Positions 23,771 to 36,852 are shown, counted from the first letter of the stretch. The stretch: 58,373 bases of DNA from Pseudogymnoascus verrucosus (GCA_001662655.1 KV460243.1); one strand, 5' to 3'. A program made the numbers and translations. Notes: generated from the letters alone by a model not told the origin.

Positions 23771-25470
23771 ATGGTCAACAGTGGCCAAGGCGAGTTTGAA
23801 TGCGCCATTTGTCACCGCCAATACGCAGCGCGTAAGTTGTGACCCGCTATTGTAACTGACAGCGCTTGTCAGATATTTCAGTGTGCTAATTGAGAGCCAT
23901 AGGTTCATCATACACGAGGCACACAAAACAGTGCCTTGAGCAGTCTGAAGTGACGCCGCGGCAGAAATCCTGCCATGAGTGCTCCAGTGCCAAAGCCCGG
24001 TGTGACCAACAGCGGCCGCGCTGCTCCCGCTGTGTAGAGCGGAATGCACACTGTGAATATGTTTCCGGGAAGAGCATCAACCACGCCAAGCAAGTTAACT
24101 CTCAGGATTCTAACGCTCAGCTTCCTCATAAACAAAGGAGTGATGAGATTGGGGATTCATTTCTTGAGGCACTAGGAGCAGAGCAACAGACATGGGACGC
24201 CCAAATTACCTCAATGGACTATCTTCCTCCAAATGGCCAGGGCGTGTCTGATCAAAACGCCCCAGTAGTCTCTGAACACTCCAGCAACCATTCCACGCCA
24301 CGGTCCACCGCTTCGACGGGCTGTCTCAGCGCAACACTATCAAGCCGGACCATTGACACAGCAGCAACCTCAAACCACTCACCGAAGGATTCGAACTACC
24401 CTGAACAGACAAGGCAACTAGTACCAGATGAGGATTTTAACGTTATCCGCGACCGGTGGCTGTATCCTTATATCGAACCCTCACCTCTCTCGTACGCGCT
24501 CAGGGAGCAGAGCATGTTCTATCTATGTCGAGTCTTTCGCACTTTCCCCCGCATGATGGCTCGAAGGGAACGACTTCCCCCAATGATTCACCCCATGCAG
24601 GCAACCCAGGAAATGAAGCTGCCTCTCAAAAACTGCTTTTCGATTACGAGGATGTGGGAGGGCGGCGCGGAGGAAGCTAGTAGCTTAGTCCAGGGGACCA
24701 TTGAGCGAGAAATGGAGAGGTTGTTTGCTGAAGTAAGCATTACTCACCGAACCCCTTTTCCTACGATGCAACTGTGCTATAGGTCAGAAGAACATCAGCT
24801 AAGGCTTAATCTACAGTACCGCACCTACGACGAGGAAACTCTTATCACAGCCTTTCAGGCCCTTGTTATCTACGCTATAATCCTCCTCTTCCCAACGCCA
24901 CAAAAGCCCACCACTAAGAACCTGTCCCTGCAAACAGTTGTCAACCTACAGGAAGTGGGCTACCACGTTGGACAGACAGGCCTTATGCTGCATGCAGAGG
25001 CCTCGCATGTGCGTCCCACGTGGGACGCGTGGATCCTTATGAACGCCAAACGGCGCACAATGAGCGCCCTGTACTGCCTGGAGTGGATATACGCGATGCT
25101 CAACAAGCTTCCCACTTTCCCCTGCAAGGAATTAGGCTTTATGCCAGCTGTGTGCAGCAAGGCCCTGTGGCATGCGAGGACCAAGGATGAGTGGGAAGCG
25201 ATATACAACTGCTGGCTGGCACGGTGGACTGTGGGTGGGGGATACTTAATGCGGGAGCTAATGGCGGTCGAGCCTGGGCCTGAGCTTGATCTACGGACGG
25301 AGATGTGGCTTGAGGAGGTTGATGAGTTTGGCATGATGTATATGAGTCTTGGTATGTGTTATCTGACGGATCTAAACGTCGATCTTGTGCTAACTATAGT
25401 AGTGAACGCAACTGAGGTCCCTGGTGGAGGAGGTGAACTACGACCCGAAAAGCAGAGCGTCGAGACCTGA
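23771..25470 (+). CDS. Transcription factor: C2H2/C2HC-like finger + Zn(II)2Cys6 cluster
   Basis: Intron 23832-23902 joins FECAICHRQYAAR|SSYTRHTKQC. This is followed by KSCHECSSAKARCDQQRPRCSRCVERNAHCEY and a C-terminal PTWDAWI...KRRT domain; further introns at 24733-24816 and about 25352-25402. Confidence 0.88.
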
Positions 25471-26277
25471 TCAGTTTTCGGGCTTCACATAGACTTCTTT
25501 CCTGTTGCATTACGGTATTAATGATTAAATGAGGATATATACTATTTGAGGCGTAAATAACAGTTCATACGAGATAACTTGGTTGATAATGCTCTCCAAA
25601 CCCATATGCTTCAAGTGATAAATGGCTCTATCGCGGATGAAGGACGGAGGTCGAAGCAAAATAATTGATAACTAGACATTTACTCAATACCTTTAGGATT
25701 TGAAGCTATGTGATCATCATGCAGGAAATCTACAATTGTTCCCATCTGCAAAAATGCATGTTGTTTCCTTTTTGGCAGGGTTGATGCTGACCGGACTTCG
25801 GAGTACCGGTTTGAAATGGCGCTAAAGTTAATATTGTGGGGCCTTTCCCGTCCACAGATTTATAACCGATGACTTGCTTATCCAATAGCTGACTGGTCTT
25901 CGGTTTCCAAGTCTTCAGTTTATTGATATTTATGCTGGGATTGGAGACTGAGGAGCGATTCCTTCGGGACAGGGCGGCGGATTTGGTCCAGCGACATAGT
26001 GTACAGCTCTTTAGCTAACGTAAGCATGTGTATTATTATCTTGCTCCGGCGGTTCAGTGCATCTACTACGGGAAGTCCTGTATGAGTTGCAGGAAGTCCG
26101 GGAGAATACAATTAACACGGAGAAGACGAGTTATAAATATGGCCTTGGACGTCTGGAACTGAAACTTATCATCTTCAATATATTCTCAACTTTCCACACA
26201 TATCACAAGTTAACAGCTTATTGTTATCATTTTATCACTTACTTTTTACAAGCATATCGCCAGTAAACAAAATCTCA

Positions 26278-27193
26278 ATGGCTTCATACCTAGTCACCGG
26301 TAGCTCCCGTGGCCTTGGCCTTGCAATGGTTACCCACCTTGCGAATTCCACTCCATCTGATGCGAGAGTCGTATTCGCAACGGCACGTTCTCAGAACCCT
26401 GACCTCAAGGAACTCGTTGAGAAATCGTCTGGGAGAGTGGTGTTTGTCGAGATGGATACTACCGATCAAGCCAGCGTCGATAAAGCTGTGAAGGCTGTCG
26501 AAGTTCAAGTTGGTGATAAAGGCCTGGACTACCTTGTCAACAACGCCGGTGTTGGTGGATTTGCTCCAGAATGGACGGAGAAATTGTGAGTAGCCCATAA
26601 TCAGCAACTACTGGTAGATCTAACTTTTAGATAGGGCGAACCTGAACGAGGAGTTCAATGTCAACGTCACCGGCACCCACATCGTAATCACCAAGTTCCT
26701 CCCCTTGATGCGAAAGGGTCAGGCCAAGAAAATCACGAGCATGTAAGAACCGTGTTATGAGTCTACTCCCATTTCAACCGCTGATCTGTTGTAGTGCAAG
26801 CACAATGGGCTCCTTGGCGATGGCCGAGCCCTTCGGCATCTTTCCGCTCCCAGCATACAAGATCTCTAAGGCGGCATTGAATGCTCTAACCGTACAGTGG
26901 GCACTGGCACTCTCTAGTGAAGGATTTGTTGTAACAGGAATAAACCCCGGGGTAAGACTCTCTCTTTTCTTTTCGAGGAGTACGATACTAATTGGCGGGA
27001 ATAGACTGTTAAATCTGCGATGGGAGGCGGAGATATTGCGGACCTTACTCTCGAGCAGGGCGCAAGAGGGGTTATTGAGGCTCTAGTGAAGGGAGGTGCC
27101 GAGAAGAATGGAAAGTCTTTTATGATTGAAGTCGCCGGGTGGGAGAACGCCACTGGGGTGCATCAGTATAATGGTAAAACTATGCCATGGTAA
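26278..27193 (+). CDS. Short-chain dehydrogenase/reductase (CsgA/sniffer-like)
   Basis: YLVTGSSRGLG, LVNNAG, catalytic YKISK and NPG; 4 exons; ends MPW with TAA at 27191-27193. Confidence 0.9.
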
Positions 27194-27956
27194 TGAAAGG
27201 TATAATGCTAGAGCTCAGCCAGCCGGCCAATGCGTACAATAGAATAGCTAGTGTGTTTAGATTCCATTCTTTATATAGAAACCTATGGGGCATTCTACAT
27301 AATCTGAATAACTCCGTTGGGCGTAAATAATAAATTGTTGACGAGGTACATATCGCCCCTTTTTAGTGATATTGTCTGCTTAAACTTCTCCGCCAGAATC
27401 TAGAAAACAGACACGAGATAAAATATTAAATGCTAATAACATACTTATATGCATGATCCTAATATCGGACGCCCTTCCTATTGAGAAACAGAGCTGTAAG
27501 GGTATAACTGCAGTGTTTCGTTGGGGGTAGCTGTTGGGTTACTAGGTGGTTGCTTTGTTGCATAAGTTTTCAATCGGATAGTTGAGGTTGATATGCAGGT
27601 CGTCTACAGAGCAGTTATGGACCTAAGAAATGCGTAATCCTGTTGGTTCTCAACTGGCTAGAATTAAGTCGAGCGGCGCATGGCGCGCGGCGGAGCAGTG
27701 ACACGGTATCTAGTTACTGGGTATAAAGCCTCGATATTCCGGCTATAGAGTGTGTTGTTGGATTTGAAGGCCGATGCAGGCTCGGAGATGAAGCCAAAAA
27801 AAAGGCGGACATAATAACAAGACATGGACTGCCTATGCTGGAAATCTAGGAGGATAATTCGCTCTGGGACGAGCTAAAGGGCAGGGGTAACAAATCGTTG
27901 TGACAGCCTAGGATATCACATTCGATTACCACTATTGCCACTAACCAAGCTCGCAT

Positions 27957-28058
27957 GTCCTTCAATAGCGTCCTTCAATAGTCCGGGGTATAATAGTCTG
28001 GGGTACAACAACAGTCTAGTTTAGGGTATAGCAGTCTAGTTTAGGGTATAACAGTCTA
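27957..28058. repeat. Nested short tandem duplications including a 20-bp unit containing TTAGGG
   Basis: GTCCTTCAATAG x2, ATAGTCYGGGGTA x2, CAGTCTAGTTTAGGGTATA x2 plus a partial copy. Confidence 0.8.
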
Positions 28059-28491
28059 TGGCAGGTGCGTGCCCTGGTTGACATTCTATTTTCTACTCCG
28101 TACCTTCGGCTGGCTATACTGCCCAGATATATTATATACTATTGTATTTAACCCAGGTGTTGGTCTGCAATTTACCTCACCGAGTACATGAATACAGTAC
28201 TCTCACCAAAAAACAAAGTTATGAAATACTACCCTGGTGTAGGCACATTGGGCAGTAGTGGAATCTCAGACCCCTCTTTCCGCTCCTGTCAGGCCTAATT
28301 TCATCCAGCCAAGCGGAACTGCCGACCTTAACCCTCTGGTAAACAATGTTAATGTGATGCTAGTGCGATGTTGGTTCCGATCGCGTTTTTGGATGATAAA
28401 CGCTTCAAACAACATCGCCACATTTGCCATCTCTTCCGTCTCACCAGCCCGCACACACAAAGAAATCATACAACAAAAGTCCTTGGAAACA

Positions 28492-29381
28492 ATGCACAGC
28501 TTTCTTCTCGTGTTTCTTCTCCTCTCGATATGGCGTGCGGCTAAGACAACATTTCCCCAAACTGTCGATCTTGATCTCGTTTTTCCCCGTGAGAATGAGA
28601 CATACGCATCTGGGGGTTACTTCCCCTTTGTTTGGGGCGTCCAGAATGCCGCCGCGGCCTGCCGGGAAGGTTTGGCGTTATGTGGACAATCCATCAACTG
28701 AGCCCTATGGGTGACAATACCACCAGTCTAGAAGGCTATAAGATTACGGAAATGACAGGTAGCAAGTGGGACAACGACGACGCTACCTCGTCGCATATTA
28801 TGAACAATACAGAGAGCCCATTTCTGTTTGTCGATAGCTTCGTGCCAAAGAACGACACAGCTACAAAATGGCTCTTGTCCTGGCACATCGATTTCGTGGG
28901 GAATTGCTCGGTGGGAACTCGATCTCGAGAGAATTGGAGTAGCGATCCGAGCCAACAAATCCAGTTTAACACAGCTCCTGGAGGAAAACTCTCGGATATC
29001 CTGACAGACGATACTACCTGTTCTTCTTACTCCGCCTTATTTGAGGTTCAAGACACAACTACAGACTTGTCCAATGATGTCTGCCTCGTTCTCTGTCCCG
29101 AAGACAAATTTCCCACTGCGAATCCATGTGCGTTTAAGGTGGATAAGGCTGTTGCGGCGAGCGTCGCGTCAGCGATGATGCAGTCCGCAGGCTGCACCAA
29201 GACCTTAGGACAAACTCCAACTGCCGTTTGGCCAAATATCACAGGCCCCTGCGTGAAGAGTGCTGCTGCTGGGAGAGTTGGCCGAGGAGGTACAATCCTC
29301 ATGTTCTTGTTATTTCAGTGCTCGTCATCATTAATTAAATACCCTATTTTTTGTCAAATATATATATATTTATCGGTTTAA
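28492..29381 (+). pseudogene. Secreted, probably GPI-anchored protein (DUF7136-like) with a -1 frameshift near 28661
   Basis: Signal peptide MHSFLLVFLLLSIW and DLVFPRENETY..FPFVWGVQN, then a frame change into a Cys-containing domain (PTANPCAFKVD) and a hydrophobic C-terminus. Confidence 0.65.
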
Positions 29382-29615
29382 ATTCCGAGACTCGTATGAA
29401 GTGAATGTTAGAACCAGCACATGACACTGCTGACTAATCCAACAACCAACATCGCGTCCTCGAATCCAGCAAGGCGCCTTTATTCCCCACCTTTACCACC
29501 AACCTTCCTTATCCAAGTCAGTGATTTCATACTTTCTATCAATACTAAATGGAAACCCCATCAATAATTATATCATCCAACAAGACGTATATCTCTCTCG
29601 GCGTACGGGTTGGTC

Positions 29616-30600
29616 ATGTCGTTCGACCTAGACGCCCTGTCTGACAGCGAGATAGCTACACTTTGCGAGAACCCAGATATCAGAGTCAATAGCACCAAGG
29701 TTGCGCGGGGTCTGGCAAAACTCTCGGACGATATTGCTGTTAAATATGGAAGAAGCATCACTGATGAAGAGGTTGCAAATCAGAACTTTGCATATGAATA
29801 TTCTCTCACGAGTGAAATAAAAGTTCCGAAGATTCATCGATTTTTCAGAATTGGCTATAAGGCCTACATTGTGATGGATTTCATCGAAGGGGTGACGCTA
29901 GACGAGATTAATTGCCGTGAGCATCCGGGGCTCATAGATCGCTTGGCTCTGGCCATACATGGCCTCTTCTCTCAAATACCCTGTGGCCCACCTGGTCCCA
30001 CAAACGGCGGAATCCCTCGAGGTTATCTCTTTTCGGAAGATGGCGCGCTCACAACTTTCAACACGATTCCAAAACTCAATAAGTGGATGAATAAGCGCCT
30101 CCGGGCTAAGGATGGCGAGCCCGGGTTTGATTTCACGGCATCTGAGTGCGTGTTCTATCACCAAGACCTTGCCCGTCGAAATATCATTTTGCGTCCGGAT
30201 GGTTCGTTTTGCCTTATCGACTGGGAACATGCGGGCTTTTACCCTCGTATCTGCGCGGCTTATTGTCTCCAATTTGTTAGAATATTTGATTGGGAATTCG
30301 CCAATGATCTCTTAGAGGCGTTGGAGAAACTCTGGCCAAAAACTGAGAATCGAGATGAGTTGCTCAAGATGCTAAATCGAGTGTATCAAAACAATTTGAG
30401 GTATTCATAGTAAGTTGCACAGCAACATCTCCCATTTCAAGATTCTAACTATCGATAGCTTCCCATCAGACCATCCCGCTAGGTTCGAAAATTTCTGCAA
30501 GAACAACGGGATCGCCATCCCATCCACAGGAAAAGCCACAGAAATTTACCCTTATCCGCCACCCGATTTCCCATCGCCTCCTTCTTCTCCCCTTGAATGA
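29616..30600 (+). CDS. Aminoglycoside phosphotransferase / choline kinase-like protein
   Basis: IAVKYG, VPKIHRFF, YIVMDFIEG, Brenner-type HQDLARRNI and IDWEHAGFYP; intron 30410-30458; TGA at 30598-30600. Confidence 0.85.
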
Positions 30601-30603
30601 AAG

Positions 30604-31334
30604 TTACACAAACTGCCCTTCTTCGATTGGGGATGGGATTCTATTAACTCTCCTGTTGCTATCCCTATGATATTTGTGTCTCAAATGGTTGTAGAATTGT
30701 GCTGTTACGTTCCGACGATCAGGAGTTGCAATATCAATGTAGTCATATGCCAAAAAGTCGTTAAAGAGATACCAGCTGGTTAAATATTAGCCTCTAGTCC
30801 TACATAAATGGATATAATGAATGAGTATGCTTACACCCAATGTCGACATCCATTTCCATTGCCTGTCATTCTGTACCTGTTGCGACGCTTGTTGACTACC
30901 AGGTTGCAGAATTCGTACACCCTTTTGCCGGGTACTACAGGATAGTCGAAATATGCAAGTTCAGAACGCGAGAGGAGATAATCGTGACCGGTAACGCCGA
31001 AGCTTCCAAGTTCGTCTGATCCATCCACATTGCTCATATTTAGGCGTACAGATGCCGCTTCGTTGCCCGCTAGAAGCAGGAAGATAGACCAGTGGTTTGC
31101 ACTCCTCCCGTCCTCAGTATACTGTGCATTTCCACCTGTATGGACAACAACTCTAAGCGTGGTGACTTCCGAACTCACATATTGAGAAGTGTCGTAGAAT
31201 GTATCCAGGCTAATTGCGACTCGCTTGGCTTCTTTCTGCGAAGAGGAAGAGGAATCGTAGTCGCTTGGGGATCCGCTAGTAGCCTGAGTAGACCTGCTAC
31301 CACTAGCTGATTTCTTGCTTCCTTTTCCGAACAT
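30604..31334 (-). CDS. Small fungal protein (DUF7770-like)
   Basis: NHWSIFL, SVRLNM and RYRMTGNGNGCRHWV; an intron at about 30776-30833 joins a final exon ending PIEEGQFV*. Confidence 0.7.
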
Positions 31335-32378
31335 GGTGGCTTGTAGATAGGTAGGGTGGTATGTGAGGTGGTTGTCAGATTCCGTAGTAGCAAAATGAGA
31401 ATTGCGGCAGCGTAACAATAGTATCGATAGAACAGTGACTGGCGATGAAAGCAATAGATAATGTAACAGAACACCCGATATAGTTACAATGAGTAGTATG
31501 ACAATATTTGCGATAGAACTGTAGTTGTAATATATGAAAAGGACTCAGAAAGACTGAAGGCGGCTGGTGAAATTCGAGGAAGTGATGCAATTCAAAGGAT
31601 TATTATTTCACAGAGCAGAGAAATCCGAAGGCTTATATCCCTTTTCACATACATAGTATTAGGGTTTCTCTATCTAATTTTGGATTAATGAAGCGCTGGT
31701 AGCAAAAGCCCTGGGCCGGTTCATCGTCGGCGGTTAATCCGAAACTCATCCTGTTCGTACTTGGCCGCTGTTGGTAGCGACCTGTGCCGCCAAAAAACAT
31801 CACAACTCCTATTACCCCACCACACCGAGCAGGGTATCTGACGGCGGTTACTGCCTCGGAAGCGCTTGGGATTGAGGAATATCACTCTTGGGACCCCAAA
31901 TGGGCGCATCGCACCTCAGCCACCAATCGGCTCTATCCGCTGGCTCAGCGACGGTCAAAGGCACAGCCCCGCACAGGGCCTGCGCTGCCGCCGACTCATT
32001 GCTGAAACTCAAGTCGGAAACAAATAGAACAGTCGCCAAATTCCGACAGTTTGGGAATAGAGGCGGGCGCGCGTAAACGACGTCCAGGTGTTTACGCGCG
32101 GTTACCCGTCATCCAATCACCACGGCCGTCTTAACGCTTATTGGGCAACCACGACTGTGGTAATGGCGCCAGCGAATAACATACGATTCCCATTTGGGAT
32201 AATTCTACCTCTGGATAATGCTCGCACCTGACATTATTATCTATTTCCGACCATTCTGTGCCTTGAAACAAGGAGATTGAGCCCGTCCTATGGATTGTTG
32301 TTCCTGTTATCACTTTCTGAGCAGAGCAAGAACCCTTGGGGATATACGTATAATCCAACAGAACAAAACAACTTTACA

Positions 32379-33576
32379 ATGGCCTTGGTTGCAAATTCCT
32401 GGAGAAAACTGATGTCAGCGATTTGGAGTGATACTGTCAATAACGAGGAAGAACCTGAAACTCCACCAGACCTACTTCGCCTTCCACCAGAAATAATATT
32501 ATCAATAGCAAGCATGCTTCCTGCACAATCTGCTGCCAGTCTTGCTCTATGTTGCCCCCAGCTGGGCCAAATACTGGGGCCTAAGTCTTGGAAATCATTA
32601 CGGCGTGCGCCGCATGATGACCGGTTCGAATTTCTATCAACCCTAGCAAAGGATCTTCCCCAATTCCTTCCATGTCGGAATTGCCTCCTACTTCATCACA
32701 TTAGCGCAATTAAATGGCCCCGGGAAATCTCATACGCTCGAGGCCCTCCATGCACCTCTGAGGGTTCGCCGGCTACGTATCGGCATCTATATGGTTCTTT
32801 TTATGAGATCATTATCCCCAAATTCAGCTGGCGATGAGGCAGCACCGTGACGGAATTGATATTGGGTTCCCACTTGAGGCTTTTCGCTACTTGGAGGTTT
32901 GGCAAGGCGAAGGGTCCCCATGGAAAGTTGTTCTTTCGTCAGCCAACGCCCAAATAGTCTCCGATGAGTTCATCGTACGCTTCAGATTTGGACACTAGTT
33001 CCGTGGAACCGAAGCGACACGTTTGTCGAAGAATTGGAAAAATATAACCTTTGGTACAATATCTGTGCTCACAATCGAAGAGCAGGACGTCGAGATGAAA
33101 GCACAGTAACAGCTCTTATGATATCCCGAGTTCGACAGCTGGAGAAGGCGGAGAAAAACTGCCAGACCCGCACTTTCCAATGTCCCTACTGCTATATGGA
33201 ATATATGGTTGATGCAAAAGACTTTGGGGAGCGAGGACTCGCGGTAATTACTACAAAATGGGTCAATCTTGGCGCTGGCAGAGAGACACCTGATGCCAAA
33301 TGGAAAAGTCATCGGGATCGATATGGAGATAGAGATAGACGGGAAATCAACCAAACCGATGAGCATCGGAGAAGTCTTCGGGAAGACTTTGAAAACCAGG
33401 CAGAAGTGTCACTGGAAGATCTCACCGCTGATAACGAGAAGAAACTGTTTTCGACAAGGAAACCTCAGGTGGTTACTCGAGCGCCGGATGGTTGTATCTG
33501 GCAATGGAGATACGGGACACGGTGGTACCTAGATCCTTCAGGGACTACTGGATCCGCATGGGAATATTGGTTGTAA
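32379..33576 (+). pseudogene. F-box protein with two -1 frameshifts (about 32812 and 32982)
   Basis: F-box LLRLPPEIILSIASMLPAQSAASLALCC, C..C..LH, then QIQLAMRQHR in the second frame and ICAH / CPYCYMEY..D / TKWVNLG in the third frame. Confidence 0.75.
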
Positions 33577-33898
33577 TAATTAGCGGAAGTTCTTTCACAG
33601 CTTTGCTTGAACCTATGGCACTTGCCTCTTCCATACAAATATTTGCGTCTCGAGTGGTGATTGTGGGAACGAATGATTATTAGAGCTTCCCTCCCAGACT
33701 GACTGGACGGATATAAGAAACCGACAGCTATAGTATGCTGCCGAGCATTATCAATACAGGTATCTATTACCACTTCCACCCTATGTACACGCCCTGGCAT
33801 TCCGGAGATGCCATCCACAAGGGTATCATTGCATTTCTCCCTCCCGGCTCCATATCACCCTCCCAGAGCTACCTTCGTCCTCACACCATCCCCACTCC

Positions 33899-34668
33899 CT
33901 ACTCATCGTCCAAAATCCGACTCGCCAGCGGCCCAAAGAACGGGACCTCACACCGATCAAGCGTATCCGCTACACCACCGTCAGCACTTCCCTCTCACCC
34001 ACAAAGCCACACCAGAAAGAGCACTCACCATCCTTATAAGCTCTCATCGTCAAATACCCAATCATCCCCACATCCCCCACCAACAACACCCAGCTCAAGA
34101 AACTCGACCACGCAAACACCAGATGCACCACAAACATCGCACTAAACAGCAGCGCCGACTGCCACGCATGGAACCTACACAGCATCAGCTTCACCCCTCA
34201 CCAAGTCACCACCGCCCCAGCTGCCCCCCTCCAGCCACACCCCCCAAACTCACCTCACATAATCACTCTTCCACTCCACCAACAACAACCCCACTGCCCC
34301 CGCCGGCGGCAACGCCAAATACGCCAAACACGCCTCATAATCCAACCTCAACGGCAAGCTCGTCTCGTAATCATGCAGCGCTTCGCGCCCGCGCCCACCC
34401 ATCTCCACATCCCTTGTATTCGTGAACCCACCACCACCACCGCCCTGTGCCAGCGGCGGACTACCAGATTGCGCAGCCCATGGGTTTGCGTGGGATGTTT
34501 GGAGGGGAGGAGAGGCGGAGGTGGAGCGCCGGTCGTTGGGTGGTGGTGAGAGGGTGCGCGTTGCGTCGGGGGAGGTGTCTTGTGCTCGTTAGCTTGGTTT
34601 GGTTCATTTCCTGAGCGCCGGGGTTTCGTAAGGGGTATGGGCGAACCTTGGTACGGTGCGAAATCCAT
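33899..34668 (-). CDS. UPF0132-like small membrane protein
   Basis: MDFAPYQ|..., YETSLPLRLDYEACLAYLALPPAG, KSDY|VRFHAWQSALLF and AYKD|ADTLDRCEVPFFGPLASRILDDE*; 4 exons. Confidence 0.8.
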
Positions 34669-35720
34669 TTTGGCAACGGCGACGACGACGAACTCAGCAG
34701 CAACGGCCCTGTTGAAACGGGAGCGAGCGTGGTAGAAAAACTCAAACGTGGACTTGGGAACGGAGTGTTGGTGGGTTGGGCGGTGGTCGCGATATACTTT
34801 GACAGTTCGTGCTAGCTACGCGGGTTGCGCGGCCATGGGGCGTGAGGTGGGGCAAACAGAGCAAACAGGGGGGAAGGGGCGATGATGGGGGGTGGGTTGT
34901 GGCACGTGCGCGATTGGGGGTGGTGGTGGTGGGTGCTATGGGTAAATAGAGATCGGGGGTTGAATACCCCGGTGCTGGGCACGAGGACAGACTGTGCATG
35001 AACGATGGGAAGGGGGGGGGTTGTATGTTGATATATGGAATGGGGAAGCATAGATATATAAATCAGGGGAGGATCACAGAAGCATATTTACATTGACATT
35101 CACTGGGCCCTGGCTTGGAATAACTTCACCCCAAAAGCAAAAAACTAGTTGGTCCCCGCGTCCAAAGCGTTCAATTGCCGCATCACCAGAACGGCTAATC
35201 GTACTGTATATGGTATGGAATTGGAATACACATCCACCATCCCCGTTCTCGTCTCCTTTTCATCACTCCCCTCCCCATCCCGTTCGCTCCCTTCTTGAAA
35301 AAGACGCTCAAAAAGATAACACCCCCTCTCCCATTCACGACCCCCCACTTCAACGCAACGCATTCCCTCAGCCCTCTTCCCATCCTGTAGAAAGGTTTCC
35401 AAAAAAAAATGGTAACAAAAACTAAAACGTAAAAAGTTAAAATAGACAAATCGAAATCGAGTAAACAAAGCCCGCCAGCCTCCTGCCTCACTCCTCCTCC
35501 CAAACCACCTGAACCCCCTTGGTGGGGAGCGGGGATGGGAGGGGGGGTGGTGATGGGAGGAGGCTGGGCTGGGGGGAATCAGTTTCCGTATATGCACCGC
35601 GCTCATGTTATCCTGCCCTAAAATCGCCTTATGTCGTGTCTCTGTGTGTGTGAGTGTGTTCACCCTGCCCGTTGTCGCCCTACTCCGTGTGTCCCTGCCA
35701 GAGGTCCTGTGCCATCCGGC

Positions 35721-36852
35721 TCACCTGAATTCAATTGCGCCGTAGGTCCCGCGGTCGGGGACGTGCTTGAGCTCGAGCTGTTGGAATCTAGGGAGTGTTA
35801 GTCAAGACCTTGAACGGCTGATGCTGATAGTAAAGGGATACGCACTTCTCGCTCTTCGCATGGAAGTAAATCCCGCTCACGCTCCCACTCCGCTGGTTAA
35901 AGCAGATATAATAGAAGCCCTCGAAACTCGCCCCCGTAATCGTGCGAACCCGGTGGTCCGGGACGAGGAAGTGCTCCTTCCAGCGCATAAAGATGTTCTC
36001 CCGCTGCGCCAGGTTGGGGATATGCAGGTTCCCCCGCCGCGCAGCCTTGCTGAAGGGCCGGAACGCCTGGAACTTCGACCAGTGCTCCAGGTCCACTTTG
36101 TCCGTCGAGCCCCAGTCGTCGTGCTTGGTGAGGAAGGAGTACTTCGACCCGATGATCTCGCCCTCGAAGTAGGTCGTCAGGGTTGGGTGGTCTTCTGTCA
36201 GGCCTGGCCGCGGGTTGGGTTAGCATCTATCATGTATGTATATAGTTCGAAACGTTGGTTGGGGGGTCGCACCTTGTATGCGCAGGTATCCGCACAGCGA
36301 CGACTCTCTCATATCGACATGTTTAATCTCAACCTGCACCTCATAAACCTGTCTCTCCGAATGCTGCGTGCCGCGAAACTGGCTTCCCGACCGCAAAAAC
36401 GACGACGGCGACGACGGCTTCAACTGTATCAGGCCAACTCGTCAGCACATGCCTCCCAAAAACCCCTCTCCATCACATCACGAAGCACTCACCCGGACAT
36501 TAGAGAACTCATAGCTCATCGACGGCGAACTCCCTGCATAACTCCTCCTCAGCACCGGCGCCTCCCTCTCCTTCTCCTCCCCCTTCTCCTCCACACTAAC
36601 AGGCGACAACATCTCCACGCTCGCCCGCTCCCCCGCCTCAACCCTCTTCATCATCTGCTGTCCATCCGGCGGCGGCGGCGTCGGCGTAGCGCTCTGGCTC
36701 CCACCACCACCACCCACAGCCTCTGACTCCTCGCTACCCTCGACCGCCACCCACGCCTCCCCGCGCTCCTCCTCCGGCGGACACGACGCGTGGAGCCTCA
36801 TCGCCTCCTCCGCCGCCGCCGCATCCACTCGCACTGATGGCGTGCCTGGCAT
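35721..36852 (-). CDS. GID4: GID complex substrate receptor Gid4/Vid24
   Basis: FLRSGSQFRGTQHS, LCGYLRIQG, TTYFEGEIIG, DLEHWSKF, IFMRWKEHFLVPDHRV..ITGASFEGFYYICF, SEK|FQQLEL and EFR*. Confidence 0.93.

Noticed and set aside
504..27193. Secondary-metabolite cluster made of ALDH, MFS, reductases, the IDO fusion and the TF
   Set aside because: No PKS/NRPS/terpene backbone gene; unrelated genes are interspersed; co-regulation cannot be seen from sequence.
27660..27800. Possible eroded ankyrin-repeat fragment (LLDLKADAG)
   Set aside because: Similarity too weak and interrupted to support.
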